From positions 19,840,001 to 19,904,000 of the forward strand of contig OZ116711.1 in NCBI GenBank assembly GCA_964199315.1: DNA of 64,000 bases. The letters run 5' to 3'. A program made the position numbers and the translations under genes. Under the pieces are notes generated by a model, which saw only the letters and a list, made by a program, of their open reading frames with translations, ran no database searches and was not told the origin of the DNA. Position 1 is the first letter of the stretch; each line of letters begins with the position of its first letter. This DNA comes from Orbicella franksi. Lineage: Eukaryota. This document shows, one piece after another, positions 25,434 through 39,600 of this stretch.

Positions 25434-26976
25434 CCGACTTGGGAGATAGTGTTACTTTGAGTAATTCAGAACAAACAAAGGTTCCAGGTGCTCAAAGGCG
25501 GGAGAGCGGCAAGTAAAAATGGGCATAAAACTAAGCGGCTTGTTCAAAAAACACACTGTATGTGTTAGCTAGTAAACCGGGACCGGCCGTGGACAGCACG
25601 CTTTAGCACGGTGCACTATGTTCGTTCAAGATATGGACCCCAAAATGGGCCCCAGAAGGGTCAAACGGGCCCAGTATGGTGGAGGCAAAGCGGCCGAGAA
25701 AGATAAAGTCCCCTACCCGAAGTAGACACTGCTTAAACAATACTTTGAACAAGACATTCTAGCATTATTTGGTATACAAGGAAGGATTCCAAGATCCGAG
25801 AAACAAACCACGTAAAGTTTAACGGGTAAGCTCTTGGCACAGATTTACTCAAGATTGTCGACAGATTTTAAAAGGTAAAAGTAGAGACAAGGTGAAAATG
25901 TCTACTTCAATTCCCTTATATTTTGCAGATTTAATAAAAAGAACTCTTTTATGTCCCAGTTAGATGCGATAACTTTTGTAATCTTGGAATCAAAAGAAGT
26001 TTCAAAATTTAATGAATAGAAAATGTAAGTGGGCGTTACTATTTTAAGGGGCTTGGGAACAACATATATTTTTGGGATAAATTTGAGGGAGCAAAGAATA
26101 TCTCTACTATGAAAGGGAACGTTGCCGAATTTTAAAGGGAATAATGGAATTTATTAATAGGGCACAAGCGAGAAATTTTCCAGGGATCAATAATTTGTAG
26201 CTCCCATTTTAAAGAACACGGACTCTTTTGCTTGGGATTGAAAGGGAGAAACCATCAGAGATGAGAGTTATGCTATATTCAAACAGCGACTGTGGAAGGT
26301 AGCAGAAGCTCGGGACTAAGTAATGAGGTCACTTCGGCTTCATTAGCTCCCGATACACGGGTAGGAGGGCGCAAAACTTAGTTAGATATGAAAGCGAGAA
26401 CACGTTAAACACCATAAGTAAAGGTTTCTTTTAAAATGTTGCGTGCTGGGGTAAGAGAGAGAACAAAGTTTTCCGGTAGAAATTAAATACAATAGGTGCA
26501 CTTTTTTTAATGCTCTTTTTTTATTAATTTAAAATCCCCCCCGAAACACGCTGCTGTAGTTGCGTTCTTTCATCAAAAGGTAGACCCACCGGGCGCTTTT
26601 GTCTGCCTTCTTCATTTACGAACGCTAGTAACAACGCAAAATATATAATAAAATAAAACCAAATACTACAATTCTAACAACCGAAACCGATCAAACAAAT
26701 ATCAGTTTTTGCCCTTGCACGAGAGGTCGGGCTGATAACAATCAATGTTCCGATTTTCATAAAAATTCATAGCTGGTTGTCCCAGAAAAATAGACTTGAC
26801 TTAAATAACGTTATACTTCAATTGTCATATTGCCTAAATACGGAGGAATTAAGGCCAGGTATCTACCCGTAACCAGCTAGCCCAATATTAACTTATCGTA
26901 CTCATGTCCGTGCCTCAACTGCCTCTTCGAAAGAAATTAGGACCAAGAAGGCTCACTGTGATAAGGCTTAAATCTT

Positions 26977-26982
26977 TTTATT
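26977..26982 (-). terminator. Candidate poly(A) signal of the LLTP gene
   Basis: AATAAA on the minus strand, about 660 nt past the stop, followed by a T-rich downstream tract. Confidence 0.35.
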
Positions 26983-27316
26983 AAAACAGTGTAAATTCTC
27001 AATGAATAAAATTAACGCTTGTTGTAAATTACCAATACTTGGCGATAACTTCAACCAACTTCTATATGTTCTATTAATGCTGTTTCTAACTACATGAAAA
27101 CAAAACGAAAACATATTTTGTACAGTTCAGTGGGCGAAACTGGGCATTCTACTTCACTGGCCTTTACAGGAATTGTCTGAAACGAAAAAGAAAGGAAAAC
27201 TTTAGTTTTGAATGAGCCAAAAAAGCCAGCTACAATAAAAGTATGAGCATAAGAACTTCTTGTGTCCTTCACTGCGCTAGTAGAGGATGCAATGATATCT
27301 AAAAACCCAACAGATA

Positions 27317-27442
27317 AAAAGCGCGGGAAAACTTAAAACGGGTGAAAAGCGCGGGAAAACGAGTAACGGACAACCATCGCGGGAAAAACATGAAACGGGT
27401 AATACGCGCTGGAAAACATAACCTATCCTAAGCGCGGGAACG
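27317..27442. repeat. About 31-bp minisatellite in the LLTP 3' UTR
   Basis: AAGCGCGGGAAAAC-type unit repeated about 5 times. Confidence 0.7.
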
Positions 27443-27642
27443 TATACATATGAGTGGCGTCAGTTTTGCGCCGAATTGGTCGATAAGTACAGCGTCTTCA
27501 CTCTGATTGACCTGAGCACCTGAGGCAATAATAATGCTTAAACTCCTTGTTCTGGGTTTTACACTCCTTTTGTCTCCCCCCGTTTCTACATGAATATATT
27601 TTGGTGCGTTATATCGCTTGATACTCACCATCCCTGCTTCCC

Positions 27643-30600
27643 TCAGCACTTGTTGTGGAGCGAGTTCTTCTTGCAGATGGTCTTGCCTTGACCGGCGTCT
27701 CCACGTGCACAGAAACACTCCTTGCATATGTACTGATCACGCTTGATTTGTTCTCTCCACGCGCTTGCACTGGCCTGTTGTAAAGCTCCAAATTTATCCT
27801 TATTCTCTGAACCCAAGAATGGCAAACCAAAGACAGATCCTTTAGTAGCTTTCATCAGGGATACGTATTCGCCTCCTGGTAGGGGAGCTGCGCCGCTTCC
27901 TGTTTCGGGCTTCTTTCTGTAGAACACGTTTCCTCTGAAGTTTTGTCCGATCACCTCGCCACGGAATTTTCTGTACTTGCCGATGACGTTGAGAATGATG
28001 TCCTTGCTTTCCAGCATGTTGCTGATACTCTCAAGGGAAGCGAAATCAGCTAATGGATTGCGGTCCGTGCTGGTCAGCAGAAGGAAGATCTTGGTAGCAC
28101 CTACGGAAGAAACACGAAAGTTGTTTAGCATACTTGTAGGGAAAATGAAGATTTTGAAGTCAAGTATGTCGTCCTGGATTCAGAGTTAGTTTATGGCAAA
28201 TATTCGTTGAATTATTCCGATTCCAATAACGCGCCGTCAAAACAAGGCAACGTCGCGCTTCTTAACAACACTCACCAGGTCTGAATGGATATCTATAAGC
28301 AGCGGCCGCCATGGCTTCCAAAGCATCACCAGTGTCATTCTCAGAGTTCTCGCCAGCGAATTTGAGATGCTCAAACGCAAGCTCCACACTGGCTAAGTCG
28401 TTCATCAGCTGACCGTTAAGTGTAATGGCATGCGGGTGCTCATGTAACAAGCGACCACCGAATCCCATGACGCCGAAGCGGAATGAGAACTTGGAATCAA
28501 GCGATTGTGTTAAACTGGTCAGGAACGTTGGAAGCTTCTCTGCATAGCTCTTCAAGATCGAGGTCTCGTGTACCAGAATGACAACATCCACTGCTCTGTC
28601 TGCCTTTTGGAACCATCTTTGACCGATCTGTTTGCCACCGCAGCGACCTATAGGCAATTAACAAAGGAAGACTGTTAGTGACTTTTGAATTCTTCCTGAT
28701 TTTGTTGTTGTTATTATTGCTGCTGTAGTTGTCGTGAGACTGCATTTTGATTGACGTCACGTTCGTCATTCAGGTTTTCTCGATGCATCAGTTACCAGCC
28801 ATTCATCGGATTGTTTCGCTGCTCGCGGACAGCTCTAGTTTTTCTTTAACTGTACTTTTTGAAGCCTACCATTTGTACATCAAGACAGCTTCTTTCCTTA
28901 AACTAAATTCAAGGGGTTAAATCTGAAAAATACGTCTTCGCAAGTCGAGTTAATGATTAAGATTAAAATCATTAACACTTACCACACTCAGGCAGATATT
29001 CGGCCCATACTCCTTGCAGTCTAACGAGCTCGATGTAAGCAGCAGTTGTGTTACAATGCTTCATGTCTTTAGGCGTGCTGGTGTCGCATTCCTTGTAGTC
29101 AAGCTCACAGGCCTTGACGAATGGCTCGGGGTCAACAACTGAAGAAAAGTGACTGAGTGGAGAGTTCTTGTCTTTGAACAATGCTCGGCAGCGCTGGATG
29201 TAGGTACTCTCCTTGCACTTGGGTTTCTCATTCTCGAGTGTAGAGACTTTGCATTGTGGATCACGAGTGACTTCCCAAGAGTTCACAAACTCGGTCAGTT
29301 TGGAGGTTGGGGTGTTGTAGCTCGTCATCATCTCATCATGGAACTCGTTGTTGTTGGTTCCCAGAAGACCTGCCGGAAAAACGTACATTAGAATGTAGGA
29401 ATTGTACGCGGGATGTGCTTTAAGTTGCCTTCTAAGGAACAAGTTAACGAAGGTCAACAAATAAATTAATTTATATGTAAGGTTTCTCATGGGACCAATT
29501 GAGAATAAGCCATAACACCGATAAACCCTAATGTTAATATTGAAATTCCCATTACTGGTCTCGATACTTTTTTATAGTGCAAGTTGGGAGAATTGATGAC
29601 GTATAGGTTTCGCATTGGACCAATTGAGAATAAGCCATAACTCCGATAAACCCTAATGTTAATATTCAAATTCTCATTACTGGTCTCGATACTTTTTTAT
29701 AGTACAAGTTGGGAGAATTGATGAAGCATAAATGTATTATCCCTATAAATTCTAATGTCAACATTCAATTTCTCCTTACTCCAACCAACGGGGAACATTC
29801 ACTGGTCATTCTTTTGTATAGTGCTGGTTGATGGCGTATGACAATTTAGCCTTTTTCGGCCCTGATGTCAAGGAATAATTTTAGTTCTCTTCAGTCATTT
29901 TAAAACATTTCTTACAGCATAAAAGAATTGGCAACAATTTCCGTTTTGGCTAGATCTACACTTCTTTCGATCACGTCTGTATTCCTCACTTCACTTAAGA
30001 TTCAACTGATGTTGAAGTCTTACCTGCCATTCTTCCATGATACCACTTGGCGATGTTGAAAGTACACAAGAAATGCTCGACATCGCAGATGATCTCCAAG
30101 CCCAAATCGTGTCGAAGCACTATGAAGGAACCTTCTCGTTGGATCGTCGTGTTGAACGTCTCGACAGGCAGCTCACTGTGGTAACCGTCTGAGAGCTTCT
30201 TGCCAGACGAGGTAACCTTCACGATTGTCTCTACTCTGCCGTCTTGGTGGATTTTCACGCTCGAGTCCTCCGTGACTACGATGATGGCGGTCTCCTGACT
30301 CAAGATGGTGAACTTGTTATCACGGACATCTCTGGCTAGGACATACATACATCCGGACTTCTGATAACCGGGGAAGGTGTAGTAGGTTCCATCAAAGGTG
30401 TACACGTGAGGTCCGCCAAAGATCATGGCCGTGCCTGTGGAAAATGAAAATCACAACATGGTCAACAGAGTGTTCTTGAACGGCTTTTAAGGTAGTCGAC
30501 GCGTTATAAACAATCAGAGCGAGGGGATTCTCCTCTTAGCCAATCAAGACGTGCTTTACTACACTCTCTGGCTACTGTAATTTGTGGCTCTGTGGAATTG

Positions 30601-33600
30601 CTAATGAAACTTGCTGTAGTCATGTTAAAAAAAGTGACGAATTTCTACTAATTTCTTGTGATCAATTTAAAAAGATGTTCGATTTAAACTTACTGTTGAA
30701 TGGTGGAATCCAATTGATGGGGTTCAGCAAGTGGGACATTCGCGACACTTGGTGGTTAATCCTCTTCTGCATGTACCGTTTAGCTCCATGCAGGTTTCGC
30801 ACTCGCATTTTCATCATCTTCTTGGAGTGCTCGAGATAGGAACTAGCATCGGTCATGAACTTCACAGTTGTTTCGTGTTCACGAATCTTCTTGTACAGCG
30901 CTAGTGAGTAGTTGCGAAGCTCAGCACATCTCTGCAAAGTCACGTTGTAGACTCCACGATACAGCTTAAGGCAGATCTTCATGGTCTGATTAAAGGCGAT
31001 TCCTGAGTAGTTTCTGGCCTTACTCCAAGCTTGTGGCAAACTGGTGGAATTGCAGATATCAAGAGTGACATTCAGCGCGACTTCATACACCTGGACAGTG
31101 AAATTTCGCGTAGCATTGAATCCAAAACTGCACCATTGACGAGAGACGTTCAAAGCCATTGGGATATATTCCTTGATCATGGTACTGTTGTAAACCATCG
31201 TCATGGCCTGACGAGAGAGGTTCAGAGCCATTGGAAGGTATCTCTTGGTAGTACAATTGTAAACCATCCCGATGGCCTGACGTGAGAAGTTCAAAGCCAT
31301 TGGAAGATATTTCTTGGTAGTACAGTTGTAAACCATCCTTATGGTCTGACGGGAGATGTTTAAGGCCATTGAAATATATTTCTTGACCATAGTACAGTTG
31401 TAAACTCTACTTATGGCCTGACGAGAGAAGTTCAAAGCCATTGGAAGATATTTCTTGGTAGTACTGTTGTAAACCATCTCTATGGTCTGACGAGAGATGT
31501 TCAAAGCCATTGGAAGATATTTCTTGACAATAGTGTAGTTGTAAACTCTCCTTATGGTCTGACGAGAGAAGTTCAAAGCCACTGGAAGATACTTCTTGCC
31601 CACAGAACAATTGTAAACCTTTCTTAGGGTCTGACGAGAGACGTTCAAAGCCATCGGAAGGTATTTCTTGACCATAGTACTGTTGTGAACCATCCTTATT
31701 GTCTGACGAGAGAAGTTCAAAGCCATTGAAAGGCATTTCTTGACTAGGGTAGAGTTGTAAACAATGCTCAGTGTCTTATTTTGTAGGCGTTGACAAAGCT
31801 GGATGGTCCTGTTGAAAGCGATCATCGAGTAGTTCCTGGCCTTAGCTAATACTTCTCGGTAACAATGGACGGTCTTGTTCAAAGCTGTTATCGTGAAGTT
31901 CCTGGTTAGATTCAATGCTTTCCTACATAGTTTGAGGGTCTCGTTGAAAGCTATCTTGGTGTAGTTTCTGGTCTTACCCAACGCCTCGAGTAGACAGGTC
32001 GAGTTGTAAATATCAAGACTAACATTGGCGGCTACCTCGTACGCTTGAACAGTGAAGTTCCTTGAGACGTTTAAGCCAAAAACGCACCACTGTCGGGCCA
32101 TTGGAAGATACTTCTTCACCAGGGTCGTGTTCTTAACAATCAAAATGGTTTTGTTGTAAAGATGATGGCAAAGCCTGAAGGTCTTGTTAAAGGCAACAAT
32201 GGAGTAGTTCATGGTCTTCCCCAGTGCTTCTCCAAGACAGGTTGAATTGTAGATATCCAGAGTAACGTTAGCAACTGCCTTGAATGCCTGAACGGTGAAG
32301 TTTCGGGTGGTATTAAAGCCAAAAGAGCACCACTGGCGGGCTACTGGAAGATACTTCTTCGCCACGTTGTACGCCTGGACGGTGACGTTCCTAGTGGAAT
32401 TAAAGCCAAAAACGCACCATTGGCGGGCTATTGGAAGATAGTTCTTCACCACGGTCGTGTTCTTCACAATCAACATGGTTTTGTTGTAAAGATGATGGCC
32501 GAGCTTGAAGCTCTTGTTAAAGGCAATACGGCAGAGCTTGAGGGTCTTATTAAAGGTAATCATTGAGTAGTTCCTGGTCTTTCCCAGTGCTTCTCCGAGA
32601 CAGGTTGAGTTGTAGATATCCAGAGTGACGTTGGCAACTGCCTTGAATGCCTGAACGGTGAAGTTTCGGGTGGTATTAAAACCAAAAGAGCACCACTGGC
32701 GGGCTATTGGAAGATACTTCTTCGCCACCTTGTACGCGTTGACGGTGTAGTTCCTTGTGGTATTCAAGCCAAAAACGCACCATTGGCGTGCTATTGGAAG
32801 ATACACCTTTACCATGGTCGTGTTCTTAACAATCACCACGGTTTTGTTGTAAAGATGATGGCCGAGCTTGAAGCTCTTGTTCAAGGCAATACGGCAGAGC
32901 TTGAAGGTCTTGTTAAAGGCAATCATTGAGTAGTTTCTGGTTTTACCCAGGGCTTCTCCCAGACAGGTTGAGTTGTAGATATCGAGAGTAACGTTTGCAA
33001 CTACTTTGTACGCCTGAACGGTGAAGTTCCTGGTGACATTAAAACCAATACTGCACCACTGACGAGAAAGATTCAAAGCTATCGGAAGATACTTTTTCAC
33101 CATGGTAGTGTTGTAAACAACCAGTATGGTTTTGTTGTAAATACACTGGTAAAGCTCGCGGGTCCTGTTCAAAGCGATTGTTGTGAAGTTCCTGGATTTG
33201 AGCAACGCATCTCGATATAGTCTGAGGGTCTTGTTCAAAGCTATCGTTGAAACGTTCCTGCCGTGACTCAGTGCCTTTAGGTAGAGCTTCATGGTGACGT
33301 TGATGGCAATCTTGGAGTAGTTCTTGGCTTTACCCACTGCCTCTCCCAGACAGCTTGAGTTGTAAATATCCAGTGTGACATTCTCAGCGACTTTGTACAC
33401 TTCAATAGAGATATTGAGTGTTTTGTTCACACAAACACCGTACCAGTGGCGGGACAGGTTCAAAGCATTAGACAGGTATATTTTGGTGATATTAGAATAG
33501 TGACGTGACAGGTTCAAGGCACGAGATAGATATCTGTTGCTAACGTTGTAACAGTGACGTGACAGGTTCAAAGCACGAGATAGGTATCTGTTGGTAACGT

Positions 33601-36600
33601 TGTAACAGTGACGAGACAAGTTCAACGCCCGAGACAGGTATTTGTCGGTGACATTCTTTACATGCGTCATGTTCAAACTTTTAACGAAGTTCTTGGTGAT
33701 GTTGAAGTAATGGACAGTCATGTTAACATACCGTACAACAACGGGGTGATTCTTGATATGTCTGTAACCACTTCTTACGAATCTTACGAACCTACCAGTC
33801 TTCTGGCGATAGGCAATGGCGAGGTCCTTCGTCATATTCAAGTAATGAAGAGTGATGTTAACGTACCTCTTTGTAAGAGGGTGGTTCTTCGTCAGGTTGT
33901 ATGCGTTGATCAGGAATCCTTGTGTCTGGTTGCGGTAGAAGACAACCAAGTTCTTGGTGATGTTCAAGTAATGGAGAGTTGTGTTGATGTACTTGCCAGT
34001 GAGATTGTGATTCCTTGTCAGGTTGTAAAACTTCATTACGAAGCCGTACGTCTTCTGACGATAGAAAACTGTTTTGTTTATGGCTACTGCAACCCACGCT
34101 TTGCCGATAGTCCTGACGCGGATAGACATCTTCTTTGCTTTGGCCTTAACTTCATCAAAGGTCTCGATTGCTTTTGCCTTAACTTCATCAAATTTCTGGA
34201 TTGCGTTCTGTTTCAACGTCTCCATCTTGGCCACAGCTTGCTTTTTCAGCGACTTCATCATCTCCAGAGCTTCCTTTTTCAACTTTTCCATCTTCTCCAA
34301 AGCTTTAGCTCTCAACTCTTCCATCTTCGCCAAGGCTTTGGCTTTCAATGTTTCAATCTTCTCCAAAGCTTTGGCTTTCATTTTTTCCATCTTTTCAAGG
34401 GCTTCCCGTTTCATGGACTTAAACTTGATTATAGCCTCGCGTTTTAGAGACTTCATCTTGATCACAGCTTCCTGTTTCAAAGACTCCATCTTCTCAAGAG
34501 CATCTTGCTTGAGGTTTTTCACTCTTTCCACCGAGGCTAAGGCAAACGACTTGATGCTTCCATCAAAGGGTCTTGGGTGTGGGAAAACAACAGTAATGCC
34601 CTCGTCTGTCACTTGGATGTACTTGGGAATAGCAGCACGGAGGTCAGTGATGGTTTTCTTGACGGCAATACGAGCATTGCGAATCGTGATACCAGCATTA
34701 CTGATTGAGATGTAAGCTCTGTTGATGGTTTTGTTGAAGGCAACACGGACATCTTGGACTGTTGTGTTGACAGCAATGCGGACAGTTTGGACTGTTTTGT
34801 TGAAAGCAATGTGGACAGTTTGGATTGTTTTGTTGAAGGCAATGTGGACAGTTTGGATGGTTCTGTTGACAGCAGTGCGGACAGTTTGGATGGTTCTGTT
34901 CATGGCATCACGAGCTTCCACGAACCTTTTGTTGATAACCAAACGAACACCGTGGACGGTCTTGTTGAATCTGCGTGTTATCTTGATGAAGGTGACGTTG
35001 AGGTATCCAACGGTGCGATTAACATATCCAATGGTAGTGTTGACGAATTCCGAAGTCTTCATTGCCAATTCGTTGAGCAAGCGAGGACCATGGTTATTGA
35101 CAACTGCCATTGTAATGTTCCTAGTAATGTCAAAACCTCTGCGTACTCGCTCTTTGACAGCATCCTCGAATCCATAGTACTTGCTGATGAAGATTGCCGT
35201 CTTTATCACCTCCACACGCGTTGCGTTTAAGAAGCTAATGACGGGTTTGGAATTGTCCAGGGTTGTATTTAAAGCCAGTAGTGTTGTATTCAAGGCACGG
35301 ATCAGCTGCAGCTTAGTGTTGTTAAACTCCTCCAGCGTCACGTTAACAGCCAGGCGAGTCATGTTCAACGTGAAGTTGTAGGCACGGATGCATAGAGCAC
35401 GTCCCTCAAGGATGGACTCGCGGATTGTCATTTTGCCGAACTTGCGAAGCATGGCATATGGCTTGCTGTCAAGTGTCATTTGGACCGCTTGTCTTGACAT
35501 ATCCATCGCACGGGTTTTCAGGTCATTTGCACGCTCGAATGCCTTCTCTTTCAGCTCGAGTGCCTTCTCTTTCAACACGAGTGCCTTCTCTTTCAACTCG
35601 AGTGCCTTCTCCGTGATGTTCTTCTTCAGTTCTTTTACTAGCTTGCTGCAGTTGTGGTACATCGGTACAATAGTGTTCTTATAAAATGGTAGGACTTTGC
35701 TGTAGTACAAAGGCTTCAGTTCTTCTCTACAGAACTTCATGCATCTTTCCAATTCGTTTCTGCAATACTTCATACCGCGTTCCAAGGTCCTGTTTATCCA
35801 CACACGGGTAAGATTCACTTTTTCTGTGGTCCAGTTACGAGCAATGGCAATAACTTCTTTCAAGGTCACGTTCTTGTAACGATTGATGTAGCGTTCAGCA
35901 ATGGCTCTGTACATTTTAACCAGCCTGGTGTAATTTCTGTATAATGGGGCGAGGTGACTCTTGTAGATGCGTTCGTAGTGACCTCCCAGAATCAGGGTAT
36001 AGTTCTTCACTGCCACTTTAATAATCTTCGTGTAATTCTGGACTGTCGCATTCAGGATCTTTGTATACTTCTGGACTGTCATATTGAAAATCTTTGTGTA
36101 ATTCTGGATTGTTGCATTCAGGATCTTTGTATAGTTCTGAAGAGTCGCTTTCACTATATTAGTGTAATTCTGAACTTTCGCTTTCAGAAGGATGGTATAA
36201 TTCTGAACTTGTGCTTTCAGAAGGATGGTATAATTCTGAACTTGTGCTTTCAGCAAGTTTGTGTAGTTCTGCATTTTCGCCTTGAGAATGGTTGTGTAAT
36301 TCTGGACTTTCGCTTTCAGAATGGTTGTGTAATTCTGGACTTTAGCCCTCAGAATCGTGGTGTAGTTCTTAACTTTCGCAGTCATGTTCTTGTAATAGAT
36401 CTGTCCAATGGCCACAAATTTGCGCGTTAAGTTCTTAGCTTCTAACGTGATGTTCTTGATTTTAAGAGTGACGTTTCTGGCCAAGTCAATGGTCTTGAAC
36501 ACATACTCGTGCTCCACGATTTCACGGAGTTTCATCGCCTTGAATTGGTCAAACTTTTCAAGTAACCTCTCGCGAGTTTCCTGCACCTTCGTTTTGATCT

Positions 36601-39600
36601 TCTCTGCCATCAATTCACTCCTGTCCATAAGTTTCTCCACGATCAGTTTACCCTTCTTCAGTGCCACCTGAACGGCCACTCTCAGCTTACTAGAGGAATA
36701 CTTTACAACACCTTGCCCAGCGTCAACAAGTTCGTGTTGACGAACCTCTTCAATAAGCTCAACCCACATTTCATGATATATGACTTCCTCGATTGGTGTA
36801 TCCTTGATGGCGGCTTTGATCTTCCTCAGAACCTTCTCGGACAGTCTCTCGATGAATTCCTTCGGGTTAGCCATGATCTTTTGGATCTTCTTCTCGAGGA
36901 AATCATACCTTTCCTTGAGCAAAGCATACCTTTGCTTGATTTGGGCTGGGAGTGTTACGTTCAAGTAGAAGATAGCTTCTTTGACCTTAGCCTCCACTTT
37001 GGGTTTCATCTGCTCGACATATTCAACAATCTCGTTGTACTTCTCACTAAGGAATTTTTCAGTCCTGGCGTAACGCTCCTTGAGCTGGTGTTTCTGGATG
37101 TACTCCTGGATGTCTTTATGGGCCATGATCTTTTTAAAGCTGTCGTTCAAAAACTTTCTGGTTTCATTGAGTTTCAGCAGAGTGATGTTCCTTGCTTTTC
37201 CCAGGAGTGGCAGGGAAATGTTTATGGCTTTTTCCAGAAGTGGCAGAGAGATGTTTTTGGTTTTGACGAGGTAAAAGATGGTCTGGTTGTGCATCAACTT
37301 TACATAAGGATGGAAGATAGCAGCAAGGTCCTTGGCAGCGATACAAGTGATGTTGGCGGTTTGGTTGTACAGAGAGATGGCTTCTCCTGTGATGATCATC
37401 ACGGTCTTGTTCAGCTTTTTCAGCTCCTTTTTCCATTCTTCTACTTTAACCTCCAACTTTGCTTTGGCGTCCTTGATGGTTTCTTTTATTTTCTTCTCAA
37501 TGATCTCTCTGTTCTCATGATACTTGTTCTCTACGAGCGCTCTGACCTCGCTGAACTTGCTTTCTGCCAGTTCATAAGCTTCGTAGTACAGCTCCTCCAT
37601 GGTCTTCTCTTTGTTCTCATCGTACCACACTTTAAGAGCCTGAGCGTTCTGGTTCACAAACAACACGGTCTTGTCAGCATATCTCAGCACCAAAACTTTG
37701 CCTCTGAGGTAGTTTTCCTTGACCAAAGGCACAACAGTCACGTTTACGTAACGGATTCCTCGAAGCACCAGAGTACGGGTCTTGTTATAGGCGCCAACAG
37801 TGATATTTCGCGTCACGTTGTAGATGTGCAGCGTGTAGTTGCGGCTCAGGTTGTAGAACTTGTGGTAGTATTGAAGAGTCAAGTTGCGAGTTAAGTTGTA
37901 GTACTGAAGGGAGTACTTGCGGGTGAGATTGTAGTAGTGCAGTGTCAAGTTACGAGTCGCGTTGTAATACTGAAGGGCCATTAGCTTGGTGCGGTTGACC
38001 AGGACAAGGGTCAAGTTGTACGCCCTCAACGTCGCATTCTTGGTATCGTTGAAAAGTTTCACTGCAGCTAAGGTGACGTTCTTGTAAAGTTTCACTGCAT
38101 GGATGGACACGTTCTTGTAAAGTTTCACTGCATGGATGGACACGTTCTTGTAAAGTCTGAGTACATGGAAGGAGACGTTCTTGTAAAGTCTGAGTGCATG
38201 AAAGGAGACGTTTTTGTAAAGTCTGAGTGCCTGGAGGGAGACATTCTTATAGAGCTTCACTGCTTTTAAAGTGACATTGTTGTAGAACTTCACTGCTTGG
38301 AAGCTGATGTTATTGTAGAGTTTCACTGCTTGGACGGTCACATTCTTGTAGAGTTTCATCGCACGAAGGGTGACATTCTTGTAAAGAGCCAGTCCGTGCT
38401 TGCTGGAAAATTCATAAGCTTTGATGACAATCTCCTCGTACGTCATGTCCTCGTACTCTCGCAACTTAGCAATCAATGCATTCACTTTGTTTGTCAGCTT
38501 TTCCCGATAGACGTTGAATTTTTCCAAGGCCTTTTCTTTCGTGTCTTCATAGATCTTCTCCAACATTTCCTTGTACAGGTTGTACATCTTAAGTCCTTCT
38601 TCTTTGTGCTCGTTGTAACACGCCAACGCGAACGTCTTCGCCATGTTGTAAGCTTCAACGGTTTTGTTAACGGTGATGTTTTTGTAAAAGCCAGCCATTT
38701 CGTACGAAACATTTCTCAACTTTCTTTGGCAGTCGAAGCTGATGTTCTTAGCCAATATTCCATACTTGACGAAAACGCTCCTTGTTTCGTTTCCAATGGC
38801 GAGGAATTCCTTCACTAAGGCCTCTTTGGATAGTTTCATGAGGACGAGATCACTTGTAAGGTTCAAGACACGCTGCGTAAGGTTGGTTATGTCCTGCATC
38901 TCTTTCAGTACTTTCACTGTGACGTTTCCAATGCGGTATTTCGCAAGGAGTGCTCTCTCCGTAATGTTAAAAGCTCGAACGCGCGCCAGCAGTTTTTCCC
39001 ACTTAGCTTTAAGTTCCAAGGCTTCTAGTTTACCTTTCAGATCCATCTCCTTCCACGCTTCTTTGATGGGACGAATGAGTTCGAGGGCGCGTAGTTGTTT
39101 TGTAACATTCAAGACCTCCGCGGAGACATTTTTGGCAAGGACTTGGATTTTCTTGATGGAAATGTCCATGATCTCCCTAGGACGCAATTTCAGAAGCTTT
39201 TGGAGAGACTTGTTCAGGGCTATTAAAGACCTGTTGTATATCAGAGGGGCGCGTCGGCTCAGGTTAAATCCAAGTTCAATCGACTGATTCAAGATCTTCT
39301 TGGAGAGGTTAAAGTACTCAAAGCTCTTTCCAATGGCGAAATCCACGATCTCGTCTGGTGTCTTCTGTGAATGGTCGCTGATAAATGTAATGACAGCGGA
39401 GATGTTGCTGTAAAGAGTGTGGTTGAGTGATGTGAGCGTCTCCGATGCGATCTCCAGGGAAAGAAGAACAGCCTTATCCAGCGCTTTGCCGATGGGAACA
39501 CGACGAATCGTGATGTTTCGTACTTGGTACATTATATCCAATGCCATGGGAACAAGCGGTTTGACAATAGGCTTCAAATAGTTTGTGACGTTGCTCTTCA

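Noticed and set aside
26295-26345. Hairpin with a C(UUCG)G loop; possible structured RNA or hammerhead
   Set aside because: The CUGANGA and GAAA cores are absent, and a single imperfect hairpin is expected by chance.
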